Assembly: GCA_051294905.1 (NCBI GenBank)
Contig: CM119379.1
Coordinates: 24,118,001 to 24,182,000 of the forward strand
Direction: 5' to 3'
Source: Botryllus schlosseri
Taxonomy: Eukaryota
Length of the DNA: 64,000 nt
Shown: one piece after another, positions 21,801 to 36,800 of the stretch
Layout: the number at the start of each line of letters is the position of its first letter
Position numbering within the stretch: position 1 is the first letter of the stretch
Program-made: the position numbers and the translations under genes
Notes under the pieces: generated by a model
Told to the model about the DNA's origin: nothing
What the model saw: the letters and a program-made list of their open reading frames with translations, nothing else
Database searches by the model: none

Positions 21801-24800
21801 GTTGGTCTTGGGCCGGCCACGTGATCATTAACGAAATCTCCCGCAAAATACTGTATAATTTCTGTTGATTTGCAAAATAATTTTGGGCCCCCTTCGAGTT
21901 TTCCCCTCCAATTGGTGGGTTTGGGGTGCGGCAGTTCCGGTCCTGCATATGCAATGATTTGAGTCGTGAAAGACGTAACAATGCCGACAGCGCGTCACTT
22001 ATTTGATCGTTGCAGTATATGACAGTAATGAATAGCACTGTATATGAATTTACCCAATTTCGATTACATTTTAGGATACATACAAAAGTAAATTTATCAA
22101 CGAAAATTATAGTTTCGATAGTATTTTCAACAGTAAAAGCCTTGGAATATCGCATGGTCGTATAGCAGCATAAGACATATGTTAGGTTTACCATATTTTG
22201 GAATCGGGAAAGGAGAATGCTTTTACCAAATTATGAAAGTTAGTTTGCCGAAATTGAAAACAGCAGATTTTGATATATTCACTGGACAGGACATCTTGTT
22301 GCGTTGACAACAACAAAGTAATCACTTCCATTCCACTCCCGAATTCACCCACATTTTACGTTAATTTTCCGTATGGCAACGCTATCATACGTAGTGCAAA
22401 TCTACGCACAATGACATATCTAATTGAATAGTATATTCATATTGAAATGAACCCGAATATTTTCGGCTGACACTCGTCAGGGGTAATCGTCAGCAACTAG
22501 TAGAGAAATGGAAAGAACATTATATATCAACAATCGTATCAGCAAATGACATATCTGTGAAGCCGTGATCAACCGACAGCATTGTCACAAAGTGCAATGA
22601 AATAGGCATGACCCAAAATATCAAATTATCTCTAAAGTAATGTGTAACTGACATTATAATCTTTGTGGTCGCATAAAAGGTACATATATTGAATTTGTCA
22701 CATCTTTCATACTGTTGTGATGACATAATGAGTGGTACTAGAATATTCAATTCGACCTTCAGGTGCCCGAATTTGCCTAGCCAAAAAACAAAACACCCAT
22801 ATTCGATTTGGCCCTCCCCTGCTCATTACTTTGTAGTAAAGGAAAGTCTCGTAACCTAGAGAACCGCAGTGGCCGAGTCAGGTTCATTTCAACAAATGAC
22901 CGCAGCCTGAGTTACCGCGACATGCCGTCAGGCACAAATCAAAATACGGTTCTTACCATCCACCTGGACCGGACCGTTGGAAAGAAAACTTGTTCTTGCA
23001 TTGGAGGGATAATCTTGATGCAAAAATAAGCCAAACATGTTGAAATTAAACCCACGCATGCAATAGTAAAGCATATAGCGAACAGCGAGCGTATCATTGC
23101 ATTACTGAAAAGGTCATCAATCACAAACGGACTCAATGCAGAGTCTACTATACTGATTAACCGCTAGATAAGAAATACAAAGGAAATGAAAATATTTCAT
23201 CTTGTGATTGGTTACACGATTTGAAAAATATGGGGTGTATCAAATGATTACACCTGTGATCCGTAGCTGTAACTCAAGAGGTATCAGTTTAAGACTTCAC
23301 CTGTGCCAATAGCGGCTGTTATAGGTCGGTTACGAGAAATCAAAATAATGAAACAGCTTTCTGCTGCATTGTATACTGATGTATTGGATTAGTGTGCATT
23401 TAGTCAAGTAAGTTACTGTTAGCAATACCAAATTGGAATAAGGTATTAGATATCTGTTTTAGCGTGTTCATTTCAGCTAACAGACGTATCTATTTCAATC
23501 GAATCTGGACGAAAATAATAACAATTGAAACATATTCAATTTACATCCTAATTCATGCTCGCTACCTACGCTGTTCAGAATCACCGAAAGTAAAATTCAG
23601 ATTCGCAGCACATTCAACCAAACGCACCAAATTCGCAGTCGCTCAACACAGACTTGTACAAACTACCAATTTAGTAAGTTCTGGTTCTAGTTGCGGATTT
23701 TAAAAAGTGAGTAGTTCTAGTTCTATGAACGAATTAAAAAAAGATAGTTGCCGAACAACTGGAAAACTTAGGTCCTGCTTTGGTGTGAATCATGACACGT
23801 GATATTCTGTTGTGTGATGTTCTTGCGGCCATTGCTAGCTCAGAGTCACCACCACCAACAGCGGCGTAACCAGGGGGTGGATTTTTGGGGGCGAAACCCC
23901 GTCCTATTAAAATGCCGATTCTATGTCCTATACTTCCAAGCTAATTTTCAATTCAGTAATACGTCTTAGTTGCTTCGGAATCGAATCTAGTTCAATAGTT
24001 TATTATGTTTTAGTTATTTAGTTCTAGTTCTAGTTCTTGTGGCGAGTTTTATAAGGTGATCACTGATCAGTTCTAGTTGCACATTTTGAAAGTTCAGTAG
24101 GCCTAGTTTGTACAAGTCTGCTCAAACACCATTGATTATCTTTTCAATAACCCGCAATTCATTGGCAATATTTCACACCAAAGGCACGTGCACATTTTCC
24201 AATACGTAACGACTCGTCAACGTTGATTTAGTCATCAGGCGAAAACTGTCAAAAACTTCGTATTCCTCACTCCAATAATCACTCATTTAAAACCCCTGGT
24301 AGGATACATACCGTTTGGCTCCACGTCTCCAGTGATAGCCTTGAAGTGGAACGATACTCGTTGTAAATCGTATATCCCAACGTAGCTATCTTCAAGCATT
24401 GCGCATTCGTCCGGCTGTTGGAAATAAGTATCAGGTTCAAATCAGTCCAGAATTTTGACAGAAGTCCAGACTTTCAACATATCAATTCAAGGAAAGGTCT
24501 GTAGTGGCGATTTATTAAAAACGTAAAAACGTCTCAAAGTGGCAGTAGAAAATGAAGATCTAATGGCGGAGAATATGAGTGTAGCTGATCCGGGAGAATA
24601 CAACATTCGAGACCCATGTTTGGGTCGCCATCCATACTTCAGAACACCTTCATTAAAACATGATTTCCACACAAAACAAAAATACTTCATCGAATCCCTG
24701 AGACTGGCTCAGCAAACAACTGGGTTTCGTGCGAACTCCTGTTAAGAAACACTGTCCTAAGCGCTAGATTGTGTGGGCATACCATGTTCAAATTGAGATG

Positions 24801-27800
24801 CGACTGAAACAGCGCCATTACGCCGATCGACGTAGCCTGCTCAAGCCACTTCTTGCTGGCCTCCGCACCGCGCATGCCGTAAGCCTGCGAAAAGAGGATT
24901 TGTTATGTCACAGAACGAGAGACAAGCGACAAACGTCAAGTTACCTTCATGTTATTGAAGACGCCGTCCAGAGCGCATCGCAGTTGCGTTGAGAATGACG
25001 TAACCACGCTGATTAGGGCTTGGGAAAAGACTTTATCGCGTCGAGACACCAGTTTAGGATCTAAATGGCAGAATCGCTGACTATAGTCCTATATAAACTA
25101 TGTTCTACTATACTATATATAGAGAATATACTATACTACGATACTGTAGATGTACTATACTACTATACTACTTGCGAGAAGTTGATTTTCGTTGTATTTC
25201 TTTCTAATTCGGAATAAAATTTAATTTCCAAGTTTGTGCGAATTGAGTAATTCTAATTCTAATCTAATTTGAAAAGGAAAAATAGCCATAATTGCATAAT
25301 TATATCATCATATTATTAGGAAACGCTGAAAAATTTCTAGTTTTCCACGTCTGCTGCCTCTAATGGATGAACTGTCACTTACCTTCGCTGATCAGTACTG
25401 TGAGAACTAATTGAGTCCTTATTTGCGATATATGCTTGTTAATGGCCTCGATTATGGTCTGGATAACTCCTGCGAATTGCTGAGTGTCTTCGCACACGGC
25501 CAATGACATCTTGATCCAGTCGTCGTTGGTTCTGCGACAGATAATCGTATTGCGCTGCAGTATAGCAGTAAACTGTACACGGCGATGACTTACTTTGACG
25601 CTAGTTCTTCGACAATTTTGGAGTGACTGATGTCGGGCGTCACCTCCTTGGTTTGTTCGAATACTTCTTTTACAACTTCGTGTCCAGCCAATTCGTTTAT
25701 GTTGCGGATCTGTGATGAAATATAATAGTGTTAAGGATCGGCCATTGGTAAATCTTCGTAAAACGAACAGACGATTGATAGATTTGTATAAAACACGATA
25801 AAACGCACGCACGTGTATTAAAATCATGGCAAAACAACTGTCCTTACATGATTATATCATCGTATGAAATATTCAAGTGTGAAGGTTGCGACATTGACTG
25901 ATCTTTGAACAACGACAAACAAATATGGCTCTATGCTTGAAACACAATGAAATGAGAGTCACGGCTTCATTATCAGATTTGAAAAAAGCAGGAAAGTATA
26001 TCGAAGTCATGGCAACAAAACTGTCTTTACCCGATTAAAACATCGTATTAAATCGATCAAAAGTATAGGTCTAAATACGGAGACGGTCAAAGAATTTATC
26101 AGCAGAATTGAACAATCAAATAGCTACAATTTGATAATTCTGGTTGCCCAATTAGACTCATTGTAGCTAAATTCCGGTAATCTAATTCTAATCTAATTTG
26201 TGAAATTTCTCCATGCTCCAATTTTATTTTTAATCTACTTTCTGATTTCCTCGAAGATGCTGCAGGGGAACTGTATCAGTGCAAGACCAGCCAAGCTTGC
26301 TGCACTTATATTTGCCATTCTCGTGCTTATAGCAATGGACTCGGATTTGATATGAGCTCGACCTAATTCAACTGCCAGGTTTCCACGAATTCAGAAATGT
26401 AATGTTAATCTAATTTGGAAAAAAAATTTGCACCCATAATTCTAATACTAATCTAATTTGGAATACAGTGTGTGGCTATATAATTCTAATTCTGACCATC
26501 GCTGCTAAGATATGAATCGATTAACGAAGGCCATAAGAAATTGATACCAAGATTGTGTAGTAGGGTTGTTCAAAAAAACTCACTCGCCTGGTGACTAAAT
26601 CGTCAGGTTGTCCAAGAAAACGATGCACACCAAATTTGACTCAATTCCAACCAGTAAAGGCCGTGCAATCATGAATTGAAATTTTTAAATTTATTAATAA
26701 AAATTAAAAAAAAAAAATCTCAAATTTTTCTATCAACCCCATGAAATTGTTGAGCTGTCTTCGAAGACGATGCAAAACAAATTTGAGTCAATTCCGACTT
26801 GCAGAAGCGGAGTTATTCGCGTTTTTCGTTGATAATTGTCGGATTATCCTTGATCCGGGGATTATCAACGAAAAACTCGAATAGTTCCGCTTCTACTAGT
26901 CGGAATTGACTCAAATTTGTTTTGCATCGTCTTCGAAGACAGCTCAACAATTTCATGGGGTTGATAGAAAAATTGAAGAATTTTTTTTTAAATTTTTATT
27001 AATAAATTAAAAATTTCAATTCAAGATTGCACGGCCTTTACTGGTTGGAATTGAGTCAAATTTGGTGTGCATCGTTTTCTTGGATAACCTGACGATTTAG
27101 TCATTAGGCGAGTGAGATTTGGAAAAAAAAGTTTTTTTGAACAACCCTACTGTGTAGTCGTAGCTAGGATCTTCATCACATCAAATTCGGCGGTTCCTTT
27201 ACCTTTCCCAAGAAATGTTCCATGGTACCCTGCAGCTTGTCCAGCGAGTCCGGGCTCAGTATCAAGTCTATGAAGCTGATACTTTCGACGCCCTCCGACG
27301 AGCAGGTGCTTTCCGTCTTTGAAATAACAGAGACCCGATCCCGCCCTGAAATCGTTAGAATCTTTTCACCGGGTTATCATCAGAAACTACGTCTTTAGGA
27401 ACGCGGGATTCAAACCAACTCGGTGTCTCGAGATGTCCGCCCAGTATCAGGCATGGATATCTACATCTAATTAAACTAATTAGAGCGAAATGCCGATAAT
27501 CTAATTTTAATCTAATCCGTGAAATATTTCTGTGCTCTAAATTTAAATCCAATCCAGCAACGATGACTATCTTGACCAACCCTGCCTCAAACTCGAGTCA
27601 TCACTACAAATTTACCCGAAAAAGTCACTCTTGAATTCGGACGACCTTTGGACCTCATTCGTACCGGCGTGTACGCACTCCCAGTCGACGAGGGCCTGCG
27701 AAAAACACGTTGTCAACTATCACGAGCAAGGCGAAGGTCCATTTCGATCTTACGACATTGCTGGCAACGAGGAGGACTCTTTCATGCCGGAAGATTGCAT

Positions 27801-30800
27801 GTAATTGGGATCCTCGGGCAGGGCGAGGGACATGCGTTGGTTTGGCTGGTCCGAATTGTTGCTGCCTTCGCTATTTGATCCTGTAGACAAACATGCCATG
27901 TTCCAAATTTGTTTACGTCCGTTATAACTCTAATGAAATAATTTACGGTCATACAAATGTAACACGGTATAACAATATACAATCTATATACTATATACAA
28001 TCCGGTAAAGCGTATTAGCAAAAGCAATAAGCTAAATGTAGTTACTGTTTTGTTAGTCACTGCTAGCGGAAGAATTGGCATTTTTAGTTCCTGCTAGTTC
28101 TGTAAATCTTAGCTCTAAAGTGGTGAGAGCGATTCGGAGGCAGTGGCAAAGGTATCCACTGGTCGTACAGATGCGAAATCTATAACCCAAACATAGCGAG
28201 AATTTGCTCTGTTAACTTGTGAATTTTGTTAAAAAAAACTAACTGGATATCTGAAAAATAAGCTTCGGAATCGACACTGAAATTGTCCGCATCGGATTGC
28301 GGTCCGCCAGAGTAGCTCATGGCCATGAGTAGCCCTCTGTTATACCAACCTTTTCAACGTACTGACCGGTAAAATTTCTAAGCAAATTTTGCAGACCGGA
28401 GTACTTTCAAAAATCAAAATCCACCCAGAACTAAATTACGACAAAAGTATGCAACTCAACACTAAGAATCGGGTTAACACTACTAACTAAACTATGATTG
28501 TTCTTTTTTTTGCAAGAAAAGCGACTTCGCTGTTTGCTACATTCTATTATACTGCCACATGTCGCTAACTTGTACCGTGGAATTTTGTTGCCTTTTAAAA
28601 ATTATTCTTGGCTTTCACATATTCCAAATCTTAAAATTAGAGGCTACTCTTTTCCCGATGGTTATCGCATTTAACATTTAATACTTCAGCATGTTGTAAA
28701 TATAATTCGGCTACATCGCTGTTACACAGATCTTTACGTTTGCTACAGGCGTCTGGTTGGGCGCCACTGCTATCCCACATACCTGTTCCGTTTTGATCGA
28801 CTCCGCCCGGCGAATTAGCCGCAGTGAAGTTGAACACCAATTTGTCGTTGCCCACCATCGACCCTCTGTTGCTGTGAATCCCTGCAAACACACGCTAGTT
28901 ACCTCGTGCCGGCCTGTGGGAGAATTTACACCGCGTTGGTATACCTGAGTCGCCTTCAGAATCGTTGCCGGCGGTCGAGTTTTCTTCGATCAGAGATTTG
29001 CGGTTGTTGCCGTTGATGATGGCCTCGCTCGGTGAGCTTTTTGGAGTGAGAACTTCAATCGCGGGAGACAGCATGGAAGCTGAAGAGTACAACGCGCGTT
29101 GAGTAAAATTTCAAGAGCGCAGAACTTCAATACACAATTGAATTATATATTCATATTTAACTAAATCCGAATATTTTCGGCTGACACTCGTCAGGGGTAA
29201 TCTTCTGAACCTAGCAGGGATTTAAAAAGGACGTTGTACGTAAACAGTCATAACACCAAATATGTCGTCACGTATAGACTTGGGCAACTAAATAATTCTA
29301 ATTTTGTAATGTAATTAGACTGCTTTGAGCGAAATGCCGGTAATCTAATTGTAGTCCAATTAGTGAAATGTTTCTATGCTCAAATTTTAATTCTAATCTA
29401 ATTTCTGGTTATCCTGGGAATACTGCAAGGTAATTGCATAGTGCGAAACGAGCCAAGCTTGGTGTACAGACATTTACCATTGTCATACACACGGAAATTA
29501 CTTCTGATTCGATATGAACTGAACTTGATTTTTGTTATCTTTCTTTCTAATTCAGAATATAAATAGATTTCTCACTTTTTCAAATTCAACAATCCTAACT
29601 CTAATCAAATTTGGGAAAAATGTGCAGCTATAATTCTAATGGTAATCTTATTTGGAGAAGCTGAACATTTTCTAGTCATCGACTCACCCACAAGTAAACC
29701 TATTCTCACTCACTTCTGTTCGAACTTCTGTCGGCCTCGCTGAGCCTCGAATTTCTGTTCGACTGAGATTCGAAGACGCCGCTCGACCGGTCGTGGCTCG
29801 GAGAGCCCGCGAAAAACGTGGACGGGGACACGGGCGTGGTCGGCGTGGCGTCCATGCTGAACGACCCTGACCCGGCCGGGAACAGCGGGGTGGGCTGGAA
29901 GGAATTTCGCTTCCCGTCCGTGCGAGGCTCCGAATTCAATATTCTGAAAGCAGACATTCATAGATATTGGGGTATTATTATCTTTTATGGGATGTGGTTA
30001 TCAATCGGGGTGCCGTTTGGTTCGATTATTATAGATAGCTAACCAACGGATAATTGCGCAACACGTGATTCACGCTTGGATGACAAGAGAGGTAGACTGC
30101 TGAGCGATGTTGAAGCAGCATACTTGGTAGTCCTATAGCTGGCAACCCGACCTTTCAAATTAAATAAAGTTGGTCTTATTTGAAAGTTAATAAAGCGCTG
30201 ATTCCGAAAATAAACATCAAAATCTGACTAGGGCAAAGACACCAACCCGAAATAGCCTACAAAGTCTGAAAATTGGCATTGTTCTTAACAATGGGAGCGA
30301 CGCACATGTCATTGTTATGGTCATTGTACTGCGTAACTGCGATTGTTCAGAACAATACCGTTTTTCAGATTTTGAGGGCTATTTCGGGGAGGCTCCATTT
30401 GTCTGATCAGATTTGAATGAATATGAATGAATGAATGAATGAATGAATAGTATCCAGAACCCACTAGACCCCTATCTACGTAACGATTTGTGTATTTTCT
30501 CGTGCTCACCCATTGAATGAGTGCGAAAGCAAAAATTGATACCAGAAATCGGCGATGGTTTGATTTGCACCCTGCGCTATGGTGGAAATATGGTAAAAAC
30601 ACCTATTTTATAACCATGCATTTACAACGTAGTTAAATCTTCGCTCGGTTCGACAATGACACTGACCGATAACATTTACTTACTCATAAATTTGATCTTG
30701 GCAGTGCGTGGCTTCTATCAACGCGTGGTCCAGCGCCACCATGATCTGTCGGATCTTGTCCATCAGCCCTATGTTGCCCTCCACCCCTCTCAACACGGCC

Positions 30801-33800
30801 ATCAAGCCGTGGCCTTCCCGGCCGCGAGACCTGTGCGATGGCGCCGCCATGCACGTCGTGATGTCGACGGTCGTAACGATTTCCACGTTTTTGGCTGAGA
30901 AATTATCGAGTATCGGGTCAATTCTCAGGCGCTTCTATGCAACTCCATGCAGAAGAGGCGATTTCCAAGACATACTAATCCTATACTTCAAGTAGAATTA
31001 TAAAATGCGATGTCCGAAAAGTACTCAAAAAAGCAGTACACACAGTCGAGGTGTCGCATGCTTTTAGCAAGTCGGAGTTGGATACTGTCGAAATTTCAAG
31101 ATGCATCTTCGCTGAAAATATATATTCCGTTACCTTTATACTGGCAGAGTTGTACAACTATAGAAAAATTTCAGCTTTTCCAAATTAGACTACAATTTGA
31201 ATTATAGTTTCAGCTTTTTTTCCCCAACAAATTAGACTCCAATCATCGTGATTAATACTCAATTCAGAGTCATGCACTAGAATCATTGTGCCCAACCCGA
31301 AATACAATTGAGTTCGCCAGAGAGAATACATATCCGAACGGGAGTGGGAATGCAATACGCGCCAAGGTCGTTAAAGCGCGTATTCAAGTCGAAATACCTA
31401 CAAATGACTGACAAATGTCAATATGAAAATATTTGAAACACCAAATACATAATTAGCCCGTATCCATACCGTACGTGACGGTTAATAGTATGCCGATGGT
31501 CAGGTATGCGCCACATCGACTGCGTTAATTGACCTTTGCGACTTACTTATCTCGGTGTTGTCTGCTTCACTTTTAGCGTTCGGCAATCCAAGCCCGCGCA
31601 AGTTGAATTTTTCAGCAGTGTGCGATACCTGCAACGCATCGCGGTTCGTGAATTTCGGCAGTAACGCGAAGCATATATACAGGCGATAAAAGCTGTCACT
31701 TTTAAGCCACTCAATTAGAAGCAGCCATTTCTGTCACATATCAAACTACTGCAAACAGTAAATGAAGCTTTGAATAGTACTCAAGTTAACTTAAAAAGTA
31801 GATTTGGTCGTGAAGTCGCACACTTATAGTAGCCGATCGATGGTGGCCAATAGAATAATTCCGCCAACAAATTGCTGCAATTTTCGAAAATATATATATC
31901 TACCGGCATACATGGGCTATTTATATCTATAGTTATTTGATATAGGGGATATTTCACTCATAAGCGCGATGGGAACATATCCCCAAACTCCTCTCCACCT
32001 AACAAAATTCAAAGTACAAAAGCAAGTAGTCTTGTAGTGAAAACTGTTAAGTATAATTGGTAGTAGGCAACAAACATAACCGTTTGAGCGGGGGTTGGCA
32101 AAATTGACTTGAGCACCCCAAAAAAGTATGAGTACTCCGATGGAGTACCACCTATGAGTATTGTCGCGAAAAACGAATCAATGAACTACTCTACAATCAA
32201 GGTGGCCTTCAATTTGATACCGTAATTACCTGAAGAGTATTGATGTGACAGTTCGTGGGGCAGAAGTCTTTCGCAGAACCCGAGCTCGCCGGCTTGTCTT
32301 TCGCCTCCTTGTACGAAGGCCACATGTACGACCCCAAGTGACGCTTGAACTGTCGAAAACACGCGCATTCGAGATCAAAACCCTTCCATTATCACCCCGC
32401 TCCCCGTTACCTTTTTGTAGCTCTCCAGTCGATCGTTGATGACCTCGTAACGCAAGGCCCGCTTCTTTTCGAAAATCTCGCGCTGCTGCTCGCGGACCAA
32501 CGAGGTGGCGGATTCTAAGGCTTGTACGTCGGCCAGCACACGTTCGTCTTCGGCGGTCAGTACGTCTAGCAGCTGCGCAATAAGTGTCAAGCTCATAGTG
32601 CTGTTTATTGAGGATTTTTGCAATTTAAAACACAGAAAGATTGCGATAAAATAAGAACATAGGGAGGAGTCAGAGTTAGCTTTTCTGAATTAGACTATAG
32701 TTAGAATTATAGCAGTTGTTTAGCTTAGAATTAGAATTATTGAATTCACCAAAACTTGGAAATTGAATTAGATACCGAATTAGGAAAAAACACCACAAAA
32801 ATAGAGTTCAGATCATATCGATTCAGAGTTCATGTCTCATAAGCATGAGAATGGTAGATGTCTGAACGCAGAGCTTGGCTCGTTTCACACTGTACTGTAC
32901 AGTAGGAGTATTCAAAAATGACTTTTCTTCTCAAATTGTACTGGCTACTTGACAAAATTGTTAGGTTACCTAATTTAAGCCTGCACACAAAATTTGGCTC
33001 AATTCCAACCAGTAGCCGCATTGCTACAGGAAAAGAAAGTTTCTATTTATTAAAAATATATAACAAAATATTTGAAAATTTTCTGTTCAACCGATGAAAG
33101 TGTTAGGTTGTCTATAGAAACGATGCTCACCAAATTTGGTTCAATTCCAACCAGTACAAGCGGAGTTATTGTCGAAAAATTTGGATTTGAATAAAATAGT
33201 ATTTACGGCTATAAAAAACGGCTATAAAAAACGATTGGTCACCGTAAATACTATTTTATACAAATCCAAAATTTTTCGACGGCGATAACTGCGCTCATTT
33301 CGCTCTAACTAGACAACTACAATTATATAGTTTCCAAGTCTGATCACCACAACAATCGATTACTGGATTGGTTCTTTTAGCGAAAACCTTTAGCTGCTTT
33401 TCGGATATACCGTGACTTTCTGTCGAAATGGGTGATGTCAACATGTCTTCACTCTTCCAACATTAATTTAAGACAACATCATATTCATAGCACAGTGTCC
33501 CTTAACTAGGCTAGTGTAACCTACAGAAATGATGCTTTTCTTGAAAATGACATCCTACGTGGAATTTGTGAAGACCTTCGTTATTTCAAAGCGAATTCAC
33601 TGCGGGTAAGCGGGGTAATGATCAGCGTGAAGTAAATGCTATTACCATCGCCGCTAAATCGAAGATCGAAGGACTTTCCGCCATCTTCTCCATCACCGCA
33701 GTGCGAATCCCGTTCGAGTTGTCAAATTCATACATAGCCACCCTCTCCAAATGACGATTTCCTAGCACGAGCTGCGAAAGAGATTTACACAGTGACACTG

Positions 33801-36800
33801 CTATCTAGCACTCGTGTATCAATCGGCATCCATCGCTGGGATGTCGATGATAGATATATTGTTGGAATTGGCGTTCGGAAGTTCCCAATCATATTAAAGG
33901 CGCTTGTGCCATTACCATTGAAAGCGTTCGCCAATGTCAATGACAGGAAAGTAACACGATAAAAAGCGCTTACATGAAGAGCATTTTCGTTGTCCTTCTT
34001 CGGGCTGGATTGTTCTCTGCGAGCAAGATATGGCGTGATTAACAAAAGCCGAAAAAAAACATGTTATAGCCATGGTTGAATAGTGCGATGAATCGTTGCT
34101 ATTGGTCCATTGTCGAGGATATTTTTGATCATATTCAACAGGACATAGTTAGTATACGAAAGTGTAAACGAGAAGATTATTGTGCAAATGTGCGGCGTTA
34201 AGTAGGGCTGTTCATTTTTTTTTACATATTTCACTGGCTACTTGATAAGATTGTTAGTTTGCCTAAAAAAACGCGGCACAACAATTTTGGCTAAATTTCA
34301 ACCTCTAGAAGCGTTTCTACATAAGAAAAAAGTTTTGGATTTTAGTATATATAAATTATTTTCAAATTTTACTGGCTTGGTTGTCTGAAAAAACGATGCA
34401 CAGCAAATTCCAACCGTAGAAGCGAATTTATTGATGTTCAAAATTTAGGATTTCAAATCGTAGTATTTACGGTGAGCAGATCTATATTAAACAATTAAAG
34501 AATTTGCCACCGTAAATACTATGTTTTTCAAATCCAAAATTTTGTACTTTAATAACTTCGTAAAATAAAAAAAATGTTATTTCTGAATATCTCCACAAGA
34601 ATCTGTACATTTTAACCCATTGCAAAGGGTGTGACAGCATATTTTGGTACTAGAAAGTGCCAATGGTCTGATTTGCACCTATAGTATGGTGGAAATGTGG
34701 TCTATACCAGTGCTCTTCAACCTTTCTCGACGTGGTACACCCTTTTAAGGTTTGCTCAAAACTCGTACACCCCTGTTCATTAGGGGTCTTCAAACATGAC
34801 TATTTTTCTCAAATCGTACTGGCTACTTGATAAAATTGTTAGGTTACCTAACTTAAGCCTACACACCAAATTTGGTTCAATTCCAACTAGTAGCCGCCTT
34901 GCTACGGGAGAGGAAAGTTTATATTTACTATACAAAAATAAATAACGAAAAATTTGAAATTTTTCTGTTCACCCCATGAAAGTATTAGGTTGTCGATAAA
35001 AACTATGTTCTTCAAATTTGGTTCAATTCCGACCAGTAGAAGCGGAGGTATTGCCGTCAAAAAAAAATGGATTTATATAGTATTTGGTCACAGAGTCTAT
35101 TCGCAGCCAGTTAGGCAGCCCGCCACGCAAATTTAGGCTTACAATATTTTGGAAATCTAAAAAGAGAACACTTTTTCAGAAATTTGAGACTTGCAAAACC
35201 GGAGAAGAATTCTAAAAAACCGGTGAATTTTTCCTACTTGGTGATCAATTGACTAAAAAAAAAGGTCATCTTTCCGCTCCGAGCTCAAAATATCGTTTTT
35301 CTCTCCGCATTGCTAGGTGGATGACTAAAAAAAGGTCAACTTTTCACTCAGAGCTAAAATCACAGTTTTTCACTCCGAAATACCCGCCGGAGCGTCACTT
35401 CTGTGCTGATTTACGGCATATCAATTTGCTCTAAATCTGACCTAAATTTTCAAACAAGAGGACAAAATCTCAAAAAAAGAAGACAAAAGGGCGTCCTCCG
35501 AGGACACTTTCAAAAAAGTCAAAAAAGAGGACAAATCCTCTTAAAAGAGGACGTATGGTAACCCTACGCAAATTGGAATTTATTTCGTGTCAGAGCAAAA
35601 ACAGCATGATATAACGAACGATAATCAACCTAAATGTAACAGTATTGGGGGGAGAGTAGGTAAAGCTACTGCTGCAGAAGCGGTAATTCAGATCAGCGAT
35701 GATAGCAGGCGCACCAGCCTACTGCGCATCAGGCCTGCCACACACCACACACAGTCGATAGTAGCACATGGGCTGCAAGAGATGTCAGTAACCTCAGATG
35801 GTATGCCGCTATACACAGTCTATTGTCGCTAATTTACATCACTTATAACAAAATACTAGATTGCAAATGTATGGCGAAAGATTGGACTTATACAATCGGC
35901 ATTTTAAAACTAAAGGGTTTCGATTTCAATATGGAAGCTGTTTCGACCCTGGCTAGCTACGTCACTTCATTTATGTGCATTGCGGTATTTATTAGCGTCG
36001 GGTAGGAAGCACGGATTCAAAAAGTCTGAGCTATCGCGGCGGTTTCCTCACAAATCAATAAAATACAAATGACTAGCTGAACACATGTTTGCTAACTGCA
36101 TACTTTACAACACCAAACGGAACCATTGGTCTATTGCCGACGGCTAAATGAATAGAAGAAATATTTGCTTATGACATCACAATCAAGCGGTGTACATTAT
36201 TAGTGTATTACACTTGAGATAACATTGTACCATATTGCTCGTTAACCTGTGCGTCAACCTGTCTGTACTGACCTATAAACCGGCATTTGTGATAGCTAGC
36301 CATCGGCTCATTGTTACTCGGATCTGGTACACCCCTGTACACCCCAACCGAGTGGTACACCCTTTGCGAATTCTGGTACACCCTAGGGTGTACGACCACC
36401 CCGGTTGAAGAGCACTGGTCTATACAACTTTTGTACACCCATGTATTAACACAGTGTATAAGCCTGTGGTGTTGAAAACTAAGATAATAACAATACCCTT
36501 TATCTTTGTTGCTGAGATTTGGAGTTCTGATGCCGATTTTGAGCGCGATGTTTTTCCTTCTGTCCGACTTTGACCTTTTCACGCCTGTCCCGGGTACGCC
36601 CAACGACGACTTTCTGGTTGCCTGTAATATGACCATTGAATAAAAGCACTTGCCGAGCATGTATCTTCGCGAAAGTAGGTTTGAGTTGCAGTTGAGCATG
36701 TGTATTTATAACCCCAAAACTAACCCTTACCCAACCCTAACCCCAATCTAGACCGAAATAGAATCTGAAACCAAACCTCACTCTAACTTTAACCCACATA

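Noticed and set aside
33400-33520. Possible extra P-Rex exon (acceptor at ~33520, GHCAMNMM resembling TNCHINL)
   Set aside because: Stops in all frames; the true motif [10 protein letters not shown] is in exon 23, and exons 21-22 join in phase without it
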